A DNA stretch of 64,000 bases from an uncultured Clostridiaceae bacterium (GTDB lineage: Bacteria > Bacillota > Limnochordia > Darwinibacteriales > Darwinibacteriaceae). The DNA lies in the NCBI GenBank assembly GCA_964485345.1, contig CAZAJB010000003.1, positions 12,474 through 76,473 of the forward strand, written 5' to 3'. Below, piece by piece: positions 22,332-30,879 of the stretch. Under the pieces are notes generated by a model. That model was not told where the DNA came from and did no database searches. It saw nothing but the letters and a program-made list of their open reading frames with translations. How positions within the stretch are numbered: position 1 is the first letter of the stretch; each line of letters starts with the position of its first letter. Position numbers and translations under genes: made by a program.

Positions 22332-22782
22332 CTAATTCCCTCCACATAATCAAGGCATCTTCTTTATCGTCCTGATAATACTGCTTGCGAATCCCGTTGG
22401 GGACAAAACCTAGCTTCGAGTAGAGGGTTTGGGCCCCAGAGTTACTTACCCTCACCTCTAGGGTCATGGCAATAACCCCCCGCTTGACCGCTGCTTCGGT
22501 GAGGACATCCATGAGTCCCTCGCCAATTCCCTTTCTTTGAAAGAGAGGGTCAACCGCAATATTGGTGATGTGCCCTTCATCTAGGATGATCCAAATCCCA
22601 GCATAGCCCACAATTCGTTCGCCGACCAACGCTACAACATAAATGGCATTATCATTGCATGTGACCTCACTGACGAAAATATTCCTCGACCAAGGCGTGC
22701 TAAAGCACTTTCGCTCAACAAGTTGAACCATGGGAATATCGTCCACCGTCATGATACGATAGACTACGTTTGCTGCTGCCAT
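22303..22782 (-). CDS. rimI: Ribosomal-protein-alanine N-acetyltransferase (GNAT)
   Basis: GNAT motif QRKGIGEGLM, 159 aa, conserved position between tsaB and tsaD. Confidence 0.85.
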   Translation of the reverse strand: MAAANVVYRIMTVDDIPMVQLVERKCFSTPWSRNIFVSEVTCNDNAIYVVALVGERIVGYAGIWIILDEGHITNIAVDPLFQRKGIGEGLMDVLTEAAVKRGVIAMTLEVRVSNSGAQTLYSKLGFVPNGIRKQYYQDDKEDALIMWRELGAEWTNAGN

Positions 22783-23444
22783 TTTCGTTCGGCCTCCGTT
22801 TGACGCATGTATGTAGGGTTGAGCGTAAAAGCATCATCTTCCTCGCCCGCCAAAAACCTTGTGTAACCCAAGTGGGCTACGGCACTGGGGCGCAATAAAC
22901 CCTGGTTCGGCTGGACTGCATAGGCAGGGCGAATCTTCTCAGCATAGTTGATGGCTCCGTCACCTACATAGAGAAAGGGCTCCTGGGACCTCTTTGAGCT
23001 CTCAGACCACTTTAAGGCGTCTTGAAGCGTTCCCCAGGCAGGGCCGCTCAGCGCGACTCCTCCTCGAAAAGCTTGCCAAAACACGTTTTCGCGACGGGCG
23101 TCCACCAAAGCAAGGACAATGCCTGGGAAGTACTTGAACTGCCAGCCATACGCTTCTAGCGTTGTGACTCCAACTGCCCGAATTCCCAAGGCATAGCTTA
23201 AGCCCTTCGCCGTAGCCACGCCAATACGAAGCCCCGTAAAGGACCCTGGACCCGTGACGATGCTGAGCAAATCCACTTGCTTGACCTCAAGTTCACCAGC
23301 AGTCAAAAGCTGTTCTAGTGCTGGTAGGAGCCTTTCAGAGTGGGTGGTGCGAATATTCAAGACAGATTCGCCAATGAGCTGATCTTCCTTGAGTAGCGCT
23401 ACCCCTCCAGTCATGGTTGACGTGTCAATACCTAAAACGTACAA
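22764..23444 (-). CDS. tsaB: tRNA threonylcarbamoyladenosine biosynthesis protein TsaB
   Basis: VLGIDTSTMTGGVAL..., GPGSFTGLRIG motif, 226 aa. Confidence 0.9.
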   Translation of the reverse strand: MYVLGIDTSTMTGGVALLKEDQLIGESVLNIRTTHSERLLPALEQLLTAGELEVKQVDLLSIVTGPGSFTGLRIGVATAKGLSYALGIRAVGVTTLEAYGWQFKYFPGIVLALVDARRENVFWQAFRGGVALSGPAWGTLQDALKWSESSKRSQEPFLYVGDGAINYAEKIRPAYAVQPNQGLLRPSAVAHLGYTRFLAGEEDDAFTLNPTYMRQTEAERKWQQQT

Positions 23445-23911
23445 GGAAAAAGCCCCCTAAACTGTTCTACAACCTCTCTACCTCGCTCACCATGGCCTAC
23501 CAAAGTGAGCTTCCGTTCCTCTGACCCGAGGGGCTCTAAGGTGATGTCTATGCGACTATCTGGCAAGTAGTGCCTGAACAAATCGCCCCACTCAACAACA
23601 GTAACGCCAAGCCCATAGAAATACTCCTCAAACCCAACTTGTTCGAGGTCAAGATCGCTTTCTAAGCGGTAGAGGTCAAAATGATAGAGAGGGAACGTTG
23701 TTCCCTCATATTCGTTAATGATCGCGAAGGTAGGACTGGTAACGGCACTTGGATCAATTCCTAGACCCTGCCCGATTCCTTTGACCAGGAGGGTTTTCCC
23801 CGCCCCTAGTGTTCCATTGAGATTCACTAAATCACCAGGAAATAAGCTTTTGGCAAGTGCTTCGCCAATCTCCACTGTCTGGCCGGGACTGGCGGATTTC
23901 ACAGTTAACAC
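23432..23911 (-). CDS. tsaE: tRNA threonylcarbamoyladenosine biosynthesis ATPase TsaE
   Basis: Walker A GTLGAGKT, SPTFAIINEY, HFDLYRL motifs. Confidence 0.9.
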   Translation of the reverse strand: MLTVKSASPGQTVEIGEALAKSLFPGDLVNLNGTLGAGKTLLVKGIGQGLGIDPSAVTSPTFAIINEYEGTTFPLYHFDLYRLESDLDLEQVGFEEYFYGLGVTVVEWGDLFRHYLPDSRIDITLEPLGSEERKLTLVGHGERGREVVEQFRGLFPCTF

Positions 23912-23932
23912 GATGTTTTCCTCCCGACGGAT

Positions 23933-25087
23933 CTAGCGACTGTAGACAATATCACCATGGATGAGGACTGTCTCCACCTCAGACTGGATCTCCAGGGGAT
24001 CTCCGCTCCAAAGAACCACGTCAGCCATTTTCCCCACTTCAAGGGAACCATAACGGTCATCAATTCCTAAGACCTTGGCAGGATTGAGTGTAATCGCCTT
24101 GAGAGCCTCTTCATAGGGAAGTCCTGCTTTTACAGCATAACCCGCGGCCGTGGGTAGATATCCTACAGGGACTACGGGGTGATCCATTGTAATCGTGACT
24201 GGAACACCAGCTTCCCATAACACCTTTAGTGTGTTGAAGGAAAGTTCCTGTAGTTCAACCTTAGAGCGGTTACTAATGGTTGGTCCCACCAGGGCCCATA
24301 CACCAGCTTCTTTCAACTCCTTGGTAATCTTGTGACCTTCAGTACAGTGCTCGATACTGATGTCGAGGCTAAACTCCTTGGCAATCCGTAAGGCGGTCAT
24401 GATATCATCGGCCCGATGAGCATGTGCCCTGATGGGAATCTCCCGTTTTAGCACCCTGACTAACACTTCCATCTTGAGATCGCGCTCAAATGGCTTGTCT
24501 GGATCGGCTTTTGCCTGCTCTTGCTTGGCCATGTAGTTCTGTGCCTTAACAAGATTCTCGCGCAAAATACCGGCAGTTGCCATTCTGGTAGAAGGTGTCT
24601 TCTTCTGACCAGAGTAAACCCTCTTGGGGTTTTCACCAAAGGCCATCTTTAGTCCGCCGTCTTCCTTGATAATCATATCTTCTACAGTATTGCCATAAAG
24701 GTGGACTGTTACCCCTTGCCCGCCTATGACATTTGCGCTACCCGGTAAAATACACATCGCCGTAACGCCTGCCCTGAGAGCCTCTGGAATCCCTTCTTCG
24801 TGTGGATTGATTGCATCTAGAGCTCTCAAATGGGGAGTAATCGGATCGGTCATCTCATTTCCGTCAGATCCTTCAAAACCCAAACCTTCCTCATAGACTC
24901 CCGCATGACCATGGGCATCGATCATACCAGGCATAAGAATCTTTCCGCTACCATCAATCACGTTGGCACCTGCAGGAATCTCTACATCCCCTATGCCTGC
25001 AATTTTGCCCTGGTCATCAATGAGCAGAGATCCCTCTTTGATGCCATCGGTAATTGTGTATAGCGTTGCATTTTTGATTACTAGCAT
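23933..25087 (-). CDS. Metal-dependent amidohydrolase family protein (substrate unknown)
   Basis: Start reassigned to MLVIKNATLY (ATG at 25087, RBS GAAGGAGGAGG upstream). Contains the HxH motif MIDAHGH and the amidohydrolase-superfamily C-terminal pattern GSLEVGKMADVVLW. Confidence 0.8.
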   Translation of the reverse strand: MLVIKNATLYTITDGIKEGSLLIDDQGKIAGIGDVEIPAGANVIDGSGKILMPGMIDAHGHAGVYEEGLGFEGSDGNEMTDPITPHLRALDAINPHEEGIPEALRAGVTAMCILPGSANVIGGQGVTVHLYGNTVEDMIIKEDGGLKMAFGENPKRVYSGQKKTPSTRMATAGILRENLVKAQNYMAKQEQAKADPDKPFERDLKMEVLVRVLKREIPIRAHAHRADDIMTALRIAKEFSLDISIEHCTEGHKITKELKEAGVWALVGPTISNRSKVELQELSFNTLKVLWEAGVPVTITMDHPVVPVGYLPTAAGYAVKAGLPYEEALKAITLNPAKVLGIDDRYGSLEVGKMADVVLWSGDPLEIQSEVETVLIHGDIVYSR

Positions 25088-25193
25088 TAACGTACCTCCT
25101 CCTTCTGCAATGGACGTTTCACGTAGTGAAACTCCTGGGTGAATATGTATATTCACCAGTTCACCGTGGAGGAGTAGAAATCCTGCTCGAAAA

Positions 25194-25910
25194 TTAGCTC
25201 TCTGAAGCAGCTAGAATGAATTGTTCAAAGATTCGTCCGGCCGAAGGATAATGGTCGATCATCAACTCAGGGTGCCACTGAAGACCCAGGACAAAGCGGT
25301 GTTCGGTGCTCTCCACCGCCTCAACAACCCCATCTGGTGCAGAAGCCACAATGCGCAGTCCCTTGCCAACCTTGGCAATAGACTGATGGTGATACGAGTT
25401 GACTCTTTGCGGCGCCTGCTCCCAAATCCTCCCCAAGAGGCTGGCAGATTGGACAGTTATATCATGGGTTGCATACCAGCGCGGGGCTTGCTGCGCGTGT
25501 TTGAGGGAGTCCCTTATCTGCGAGGGAATATCTTGCACTAAGGTCCCGCCCAAGGCCACATTGAGCACTTGGCAGCCGCGACAGATGGCTAGGATGGGGA
25601 TGCTGCGGTCGAGGGCAAAACCCGCCGCCCACAAATCCAGTTCGTCCCAATGTGGATCGATCTCGCCACACTGAGCGATAGGATTTTCACCATAGCGACC
25701 GGGATCCACATCGTCACCCCCTGGCAACACTAGACCGTCCAGACCCTCTAAGATGCGAAAGACTTGTTCTTTTGGCTGGTACGGTATGAGGATAGGGATG
25801 CCCCCGGCCCTAGTCACAGCCTGAACATAGGTGTTGTTAACGTAGTAGCGATCTCGTTTCCCTTGTTCGTGGCCACAAAGTAAGCCAATCATAGGTTGAT
25901 CTTGTTTCAT
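25194..25910 (-). CDS. Class I glutamine amidotransferase-like / gamma-glutamyl-GABA hydrolase family (peptidase C26)
   Basis: Start reassigned to MKQDQPMIGL (RBS AAGGAGGG). Nucleophile elbow AICRGCQVLN, NSYHHQ, and WHPE near the C-terminus. Confidence 0.8.
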   Translation of the reverse strand: MKQDQPMIGLLCGHEQGKRDRYYVNNTYVQAVTRAGGIPILIPYQPKEQVFRILEGLDGLVLPGGDDVDPGRYGENPIAQCGEIDPHWDELDLWAAGFALDRSIPILAICRGCQVLNVALGGTLVQDIPSQIRDSLKHAQQAPRWYATHDITVQSASLLGRIWEQAPQRVNSYHHQSIAKVGKGLRIVASAPDGVVEAVESTEHRFVLGLQWHPELMIDHYPSAGRIFEQFILAASES

Positions 25911-25966
25911 GTAAACCCTCCTTGGATGAAATAAAAACACCCACTAAATGAGTGTTCCGTTCACAA

Positions 25967-26320
25967 TTATACTTTGGAGAGACCTAGGCTGATCTGCAAT
26001 GCCTCATCGATCTTACGCATTGTCTCTTCGTCGAGGTGGGCTATTCTCTCTTTTAAGCGCCGCTTGTCAATGGTCCGCACCTGTTCGAGGAGTATGACAG
26101 AGTCCTTCTCCAAGGAAACGTCATCACTAGCCAATTCGACATGGGTTGGCAGTTTGGCCTTTTTTATGCGCGAGGTGATAGCCGCCACGATTGTAGTGGG
26201 ACTATATTTGTTCCCGATATCGTTTTGCAGAATTAGAACGGGCCTGACGCCCCCCTGTTCTGAACCGATGACCGGATTTAAGTTGGCATAAAAGATATCG
26301 CCACGCGATACATTTTCCAC
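25967..26320 (-). CDS. mazF: Type II toxin MazF/PemK (EndoA-like mRNA interferase)
   Basis: 117 aa. [29 protein letters not shown]...[10 protein letters not shown] closely resembles B. subtilis EndoA/NdoA. Confidence 0.92.
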   Translation of the reverse strand: MENVSRGDIFYANLNPVIGSEQGGVRPVLILQNDIGNKYSPTTIVAAITSRIKKAKLPTHVELASDDVSLEKDSVILLEQVRTIDKRRLKERIAHLDEETMRKIDEALQISLGLSKV

Positions 26321-26321
26321 T

Positions 26322-26588
26322 CTATTCAGCCTCCGCCAATTGGCGCTCGTAATCTGCTAACAGTCCTTCATCGCAGTCTTCCTCTGCAAGACGAAGGTTT
26401 AGCTCAGCCATAATTTGATAGCCTACCCGCAGTTTCTCTTCCATGCAGTGAGGTTCTCTCTCCATTATATACACCTGGATGCAGTTTTGTATAAACTGAC
26501 TACGATTAATCTGGTTTTCCTGCGCGATACTGTCGACTTGGTCCAGCAAATGTGCGGGGATGCGAATCTGGATCCGTTTGTTATCCAC
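26322..26588 (-). CDS. mazE: Type II antitoxin MazE/EndoAI-like (ribbon-helix-helix)
   Basis: GTG start at 26588 after GAGGTGA gives 88 aa: [41 protein letters not shown]...[19 protein letters not shown], parallel to B. subtilis NdoAI. Its stop lies 1 nt before the mazF start. The 194-aa track ORF is an over-extension. Confidence 0.8.
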   Translation of the reverse strand: MDNKRIQIRIPAHLLDQVDSIAQENQINRSQFIQNCIQVYIMEREPHCMEEKLRVGYQIMAELNLRLAEEDCDEGLLADYERQLAEAE

Positions 26589-26624
26589 TACAGAAGTCAC
26601 CTCGTTTAGGACGAACTCAATGCC

Positions 26625-26654
26625 ATTATAATTGTCATGGGCAGGCGTTGTCAA
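26625..26654 (-). promoter_or_regulatory. Putative sigma-A promoter of mazEF
   Basis: Minus strand reads TTGACA (26654-26649), an 18-nt spacer, then TATAAT (26630-26625), about 35 nt upstream of the mazE start. Confidence 0.5.
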
Positions 26655-26739
26655 TAATGGGAGACGTTGCCTCTTTCCATGTTTTATGGTACACTTTGCC
26701 TCAGGGGGTACTTTTAACCATATTTTAGGGGGTTGGGGT

Positions 26740-27408
26740 ATGGTGCTACTAGGATCCAGGCTACGGCAGAGGCGCAGACAGATGCAAATGCGCCAAGGAG
26801 ATGTTGCAAGCGCAGAGTCAGCGAGTTTCTTGAGCAAAGTAGAAAACGGGGTGGCCCAGCCTTCCCTGAGCAGCCTTCGGGACTGGTCTGAAAAACTTGA
26901 AACCACAGCAAGTGATCTCTTAGGCGAACATCTGATTCTGGAGGCCGCTAAGCAAAGCCTCCTTCTGACAAAAAAATGTCATCGTTATCTTGAACACCTG
27001 CGTCCTTCACCAACTACCTATTTCCTTAAGGAGTTGAGTGCCAGCGCCACGGCACTCAGCATCTCTGTTCCAGATCCTCCTTGCGATCCTGAACTGCAGC
27101 ATCTTACCGCTAAGGTACTTCTGCACCGGGGGATGGTTCAGGAGGCCAAGGATATGGCAGAACGCTCCCTCCCCTTCACCTTTGCACCACTTTTGCGTAT
27201 TCATCATCTCTTTCTATTATGCCAGATCTACCGCGAACTAGCCGAAACGTCAGGAGAGGAGGAGGTTAAGGACGAAGTACGAGCGGCTCTCTTGGAACTG
27301 GATCATCACGAACTCCTCCACAAACTACCAGATGCAGAGGCCCTCAGCGCAAATGATCTAGACCTCTTAACTGTTAGCGCATTAATCCAAAGCCGCCATT
27401 ACCTATAG
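26740..27408 (+). CDS. XRE-family HTH transcriptional regulator with helical (TPR-like) C-terminal domain
   Basis: Start reassigned to ATG at 26740 (MVLLGSRLRQRR...). HTH_3-like segment: QGDVASAESASFLSKVENGVAQPSLSSLRDWSEKL. The C-terminal ~150 aa is helical-repeat-like. Divergent from mazEF. Confidence 0.7.
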   Translation: MVLLGSRLRQRRRQMQMRQGDVASAESASFLSKVENGVAQPSLSSLRDWSEKLETTASDLLGEHLILEAAKQSLLLTKKCHRYLEHLRPSPTTYFLKELSASATALSISVPDPPCDPELQHLTAKVLLHRGMVQEAKDMAERSLPFTFAPLLRIHHLFLLCQIYRELAETSGEEEVKDEVRAALLELDHHELLHKLPDAEALSANDLDLLTVSALIQSRHYL

Positions 27409-27416
27409 AACTAGGC

Positions 27417-27452
27417 AAGAAAAAACCACCCGAGAGACCCGGGTGGTTTGTG
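27417..27452. terminator. Bidirectional terminator between the XRE regulator gene and porin-like gene 1
   Basis: 10-bp stem AAACCACCCG / CGGGTGGTTT, flanked by an A-run on the left (a T-run for the minus strand) and GTGTTTG on the right. Confidence 0.7.
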
Positions 27453-27465
27453 TTTGCGTTGAGTT

Positions 27466-28770
27466 CTAGAAAGGAACTTCTACAGAAAGCTTCAGCAAGC
27501 TGGTTGGAGCATCCTTGATGAACTCTCTTTGAGCTTCAAATTTCAGCTCTGTCGTGCTGGCACCAATCTTATAGTTAGCCTTCAGGTTAACGGTAGGTGT
27601 TCCAACTTTGGTGTCTGTGTTGTACTCATATTTAACCAACGGAATGACCGTCAACTTATCGAAAGGCACGATGTGTCCGAGGACACTGGCGGCTACGTCT
27701 TTTTCGCTATTGAAGCTTGCTGCACCCTTTACCCAAACCATGTCTTCAACAACAGGGCTGGTAACGTCGGCGTATACGTTGTCAAACTTAAAGTTCTTAA
27801 GATCTACGCCCGCACCAAATGCTGGAGCAGTGTTGTTGAACCAATGGTCCTTGTGGAACAGATTTTTATAGGCCAAAGCATCACTCATGCGATACTTAGC
27901 ACCCAAGGTCAATGTGTTGCTATTGTCTTGTTCTTCATCGCCTTCGATAGTAAACGAACTAGAAGCACTCACCTGGAATACATCTTCGCTATAGGTTGCT
28001 CCAGCAGCGAGAACTGTTGCAAATGGTGTTACGCCATCGCCAGCCCAGTTGGCATTAGCATGTTCTACACTAGCATTCACGTTCAACTCATCCGTGATAT
28101 CACTCTCTGCACCTAGTGCAAGTGCAAAGCCGAGTTCTTCAGCTAAGGTTACACCAGCGCCAGCTTCAAGAGTAACATCAATGTCACCGGTAGCAATAGT
28201 TGTCTCGGCACCAGCAGCAATCACGTTCTTAGCATCTTCTTTATCGGCCCAATCGCGTAGGTATCCTAGGCTTACATCGAACCCTTCGAGCGCTTTAACA
28301 TCAACAAATGCACGCATGCTAGAAGGAGCCGTTAGGTCAACTGTAACTGTACCCAGATCCATGACAGGAACTGCAAGACGTGCACGCATTGTACCTGCAG
28401 CTGCGGTCTTGCCAGCAGAAACCATGCCAAAATGGGTGGATTTTGCGGTTAACTCTTGTTTATTACCCCAAACCCAAATATCAAAGTAATTGTCATACAA
28501 GCCGAGCTTGTATTTGCCTAGTTCGAACTCACTGTCAACAAGGTTAATTCCACCGGTGAAATCCCAGTTGACTACTTCGTCTGTTTCGCTCTTGTTAGAA
28601 GCACCGATTGTAAACGAGATACCTGGTGTCAACGTATAGTCTTCGGTGAAAACTCTAAAGCTATCCATTTCTGCAGTAGCGGTGAATTTACCACTAAGAC
28701 TAACTGATGCCATTGCACTGCTGGCAAAGGCGATAACGAGTACTAGGGTAATTACTAATACTTTTTTCAT
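27466..28770 (-). CDS. Predicted outer-membrane beta-barrel (porin-like) protein 1, 434 aa
   Basis: Sec signal peptide MKKVLVITLVLVIAFASSAMA, no further hydrophobic helices, many alternating hydrophobic/polar stretches, Gly/Asp/Asn-rich turns, and C-terminal beta-signal LKLSVEVPF ending in Phe. Confidence 0.7.
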   Translation of the reverse strand: MKKVLVITLVLVIAFASSAMASVSLSGKFTATAEMDSFRVFTEDYTLTPGISFTIGASNKSETDEVVNWDFTGGINLVDSEFELGKYKLGLYDNYFDIWVWGNKQELTAKSTHFGMVSAGKTAAAGTMRARLAVPVMDLGTVTVDLTAPSSMRAFVDVKALEGFDVSLGYLRDWADKEDAKNVIAAGAETTIATGDIDVTLEAGAGVTLAEELGFALALGAESDITDELNVNASVEHANANWAGDGVTPFATVLAAGATYSEDVFQVSASSSFTIEGDEEQDNSNTLTLGAKYRMSDALAYKNLFHKDHWFNNTAPAFGAGVDLKNFKFDNVYADVTSPVVEDMVWVKGAASFNSEKDVAASVLGHIVPFDKLTVIPLVKYEYNTDTKVGTPTVNLKANYKIGASTTELKFEAQREFIKDAPTSLLKLSVEVPF

Positions 28771-28843
28771 TATTTTTCCCCCTCAGTTTTTGGAAAATCT
28801 TTCTTTGCGTATATCTACATTACCACTTGGATGTCCGGGGAAA

Positions 28844-28859
28844 AGTCTCCATGTTTCCT
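28844..28859 (-). promoter_or_regulatory. Conserved 16-nt leader motif, copy 1 (sense strand AGGAAACATGGAGACT)
   Basis: Identical 16-mer also at 30547-30562. Here 73 nt separate it from the ATG of porin-like gene 1. Confidence 0.6.
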
Positions 28860-29105
28860 TTTACCCCTTCTGTTCCGTCGGCAATGTCTTTATCTTCTGC
28901 TTGGTTACTGGATACTGAGTGGGCACCTCCTTCCTTTACCAGTACCTTCGAGAAGCATAAAGCCTAGTCCTATAGCATTATTTGACGCGAATCCCATAAA
29001 TCCTTCCATCATCAAAAGTTTTTTTCCTGCTACCCCCATATAATCCAGATTAAGCTATTTATTCTATATGTATGCCCTGATCCCTGCATCTTTTCACGGA
29101 AACGC

Positions 29106-29137
29106 GAAAAATGGCTCCTCAGAAGGGAGGAGCCATT
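29106..29137 (-). terminator. Rho-independent terminator after porin-like gene 2
   Basis: Minus strand reads AATGGCTCCTC-CCTTCT-GAGGAGCCATT followed by TTTTCGCG. Sits 36 nt after the stop at 29173. Confidence 0.75.
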
Positions 29138-29172
29138 CTCACTACTATCTAAACGACAGAATTAAGCTTAGA

Positions 29173-30471
29173 CTAGAACTCAACTTTCATGCCAGCGTTG
29201 AAAGTGGTGCCTGCATGACGTGCGTGCTCGATACCGAGGTTTACGCCGTTTGGTGCAGCAAACTCAGCACCAACTTTGTAACCAAGGGAGTCAAGATTCA
29301 GTTCCGAAGCAGATACTTCAGCGCTGAGCTCAAGTCCGTCGATGGCGGGCACAAGACCAAGCGTTGTGCTAGCACCAACGGTGTGCACGAGGGTTCTTGC
29401 TTCGCCACCAGTCCATTTACCTTCGTACTTTGCATCCACGGCGAGACCTTCCATCACATCAAACTCGCGACCTACACCAAAGGTTGTGGTCTTGGTTGCA
29501 ATGGCGCTCACGGCCGGTACATCAAGGACGGTTTCTACATTGAACTGAAAACCTTCGTATTCGGTGCCAGCACCAATGCTTGCTTCAGCAAACATTTGGT
29601 CATAGGCAGCGTTCATGTTGATACCCTGTTGCTCGGTTTCAAAACCTACAAACAAACCAGAGTCTTTTGCCCGTGCCAAGTGTACCCAGTCATGTTCTGC
29701 GTTTTCCTTCTTCGTCTTGGCAGCAACATAGCGTGGTTCAAATTCTTCGGTGATGTGTTTGTAACCAGCAACTACATTTGTGCCTTCGGCGATTGCATAG
29801 TCAGCCTTCAAGGTCCACAAATTGTCCATGTTCAGATCAAAACCATCAACGTGATCGATAGCTACGTTACCAGCAACCATCAAACCTTCGATAGGAGCTG
29901 CACTTGCATCCAGTTGCAGACGGAGAATCTCATTGTCGCTAATAATCGAAGCGCCAAGATTCACGTCATCAACCACATACAGGTCAGAACGGAGACCCAA
30001 GACATGTCCTTGCGGGCCTTCTAAGGCATAGAAGCCGCCAAGCCCAACAACGTCGAGATCTACACCACTGATGCTGATACCACTACGATCTTTCAAGCTC
30101 GCATATGGGCTGTAACCAATGTCCAGTGTACCAAAGCGAGTTGTTGCTTCAGGACCACCATACCAGAAAGGTCCATCAGCTTCAATAAATGCCTGCTTCA
30201 ATGTGATTTCGCCTAGAGAGAGCTCTGTAGGCATTAGGTCTTTGTCTTCTCTTTCCAAACCAAGCTCTACGCCGGCGCGAACTCGATCTTCGGCAGCGCT
30301 GAGACCAAGATTTAGCGAGAGTTCCGAACCAGGAACTACTTCCAAACTTTCTCCGTTTTTGTTCACAGTAATCTCTGTCTCAATTGCACCGCTCAAATCT
30401 AGACCTGCAGCCGATACAGGGGCCACAGCAACTAAGGCGATGACTAAGGACAAAACAATAAGTCTTTTCAT
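29173..30471 (-). CDS. Predicted outer-membrane beta-barrel (porin-like) protein 2, 432 aa
   Basis: Start reassigned to MKRLIVLSLVIALVAVAPVSAAG (ATG at 30471). Amphipathic beta-strand pattern throughout and C-terminal NAGMKVEF ending in Phe. Similar size and layout to the 27466-28770 product. Confidence 0.7.
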   Translation of the reverse strand: MKRLIVLSLVIALVAVAPVSAAGLDLSGAIETEITVNKNGESLEVVPGSELSLNLGLSAAEDRVRAGVELGLEREDKDLMPTELSLGEITLKQAFIEADGPFWYGGPEATTRFGTLDIGYSPYASLKDRSGISISGVDLDVVGLGGFYALEGPQGHVLGLRSDLYVVDDVNLGASIISDNEILRLQLDASAAPIEGLMVAGNVAIDHVDGFDLNMDNLWTLKADYAIAEGTNVVAGYKHITEEFEPRYVAAKTKKENAEHDWVHLARAKDSGLFVGFETEQQGINMNAAYDQMFAEASIGAGTEYEGFQFNVETVLDVPAVSAIATKTTTFGVGREFDVMEGLAVDAKYEGKWTGGEARTLVHTVGASTTLGLVPAIDGLELSAEVSASELNLDSLGYKVGAEFAAPNGVNLGIEHARHAGTTFNAGMKVEF

Positions 30472-30546
30472 ATTCGTATCCCCTTTTTGTGTTTTGCTTC
30501 TTTTAGCGCACCCAGTCCGTATCGCAAAAGGAGAATGATTCAGGCG

Positions 30547-30562
30547 AGTCTCCATGTTTCCT
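30547..30562 (-). promoter_or_regulatory. Conserved 16-nt leader motif, copy 2 (sense strand AGGAAACATGGAGACT)
   Basis: Identical to 28844-28859. Here 75 nt separate it from the ATG of porin-like gene 2. A shared GACGGA hexamer (sense) lies just upstream of both copies. Confidence 0.6.
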
Positions 30563-30678
30563 CTCCGTCTTCCTCCGTATATATGTGGAATGAATACACT
30601 AAAAATCACTTCACTTGATCTCCGTAGCTCAAGGGGTACACCTCCTCTATTGAGAGATTTACCGAGACCAAGCCCTGC

Positions 30679-30744
30679 ACGACCACGATCATACTAACAT
30701 AAGTTAGCGAAGTCGCTGAGAATCTCCATCTCTATCGTGGTCGT
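30679..30744. repeat. 11-bp inverted repeat enclosing nested small palindromes in the leader of porin-like gene 2
   Basis: ACGACCACGAT (30679-30689) and ATCGTGGTCGT (30734-30744) are exact reverse complements 44 nt apart. The loop contains TAACAT/AAGTTA and GCGAAGTCGC palindromes. Confidence 0.55.
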
Positions 30745-30834
30745 ACGCCTAGGTATTTCGCCCTTGAGGTGGCTATTCCTCCTGCTAGAGGCCTTGTAAG
30801 TACTTCCAAGTACGCCAACAATCGCCATCTGGGT

Positions 30835-30866
30835 AAAAAAGAGGGTCCCACTAATGTGGAACCCTC
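30835..30866 (-). terminator. Rho-independent terminator after the ABC ATPase gene
   Basis: Minus strand reads GAGGGTTCCAC-ATTA-GTGGGACCCTC (one mismatch) followed by TTTTTT. Sits 14 nt after the stop at 30880. Confidence 0.7.
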
Positions 30867-30879
30867 GCCTACTCCGTCC

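Noticed and set aside
26322-26906. 194-aa ORF suggesting a large fused MazE-like protein
   Set aside because: The N-terminal ~105 aa overlaps the divergent promoter region and the start of the XRE gene and has no homology signal. A GTG at 26588 with a GAGGTGA RBS gives a canonical ~88-aa EndoAI-like antitoxin.
28844-28859. Reading the shared GGAAAC in the 16-mer as an ECF-sigma type -35 element
   Set aside because: No conserved -10-like element (CGTC, CGTA or TCAAA) is shared 16-17 nt downstream in the two leaders. The conservation extends into what would be the spacer, so a promoter assignment is not supported.
29068-30024. Long antisense ORFs opposite real genes: 318 aa at 29068-30024, plus 27529-28116, 30769-31488, 33841-34449, 61374-62120, 18554-18976 and many shorter ones
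   Set aside because: Each lies entirely within a well-supported gene on the other strand. They have low-complexity, Ser/Arg/Cys-rich compositions, no RBS or motif support, and are typical shadow ORFs.
30472-30609. N-terminal extension of porin-like gene 2 (track start at 30609)
   Set aside because: The extension is basic and non-signal-like. The Met at 30471 starts a textbook signal peptide and gives a size matching the neighbouring porin-like protein (27466-28770).
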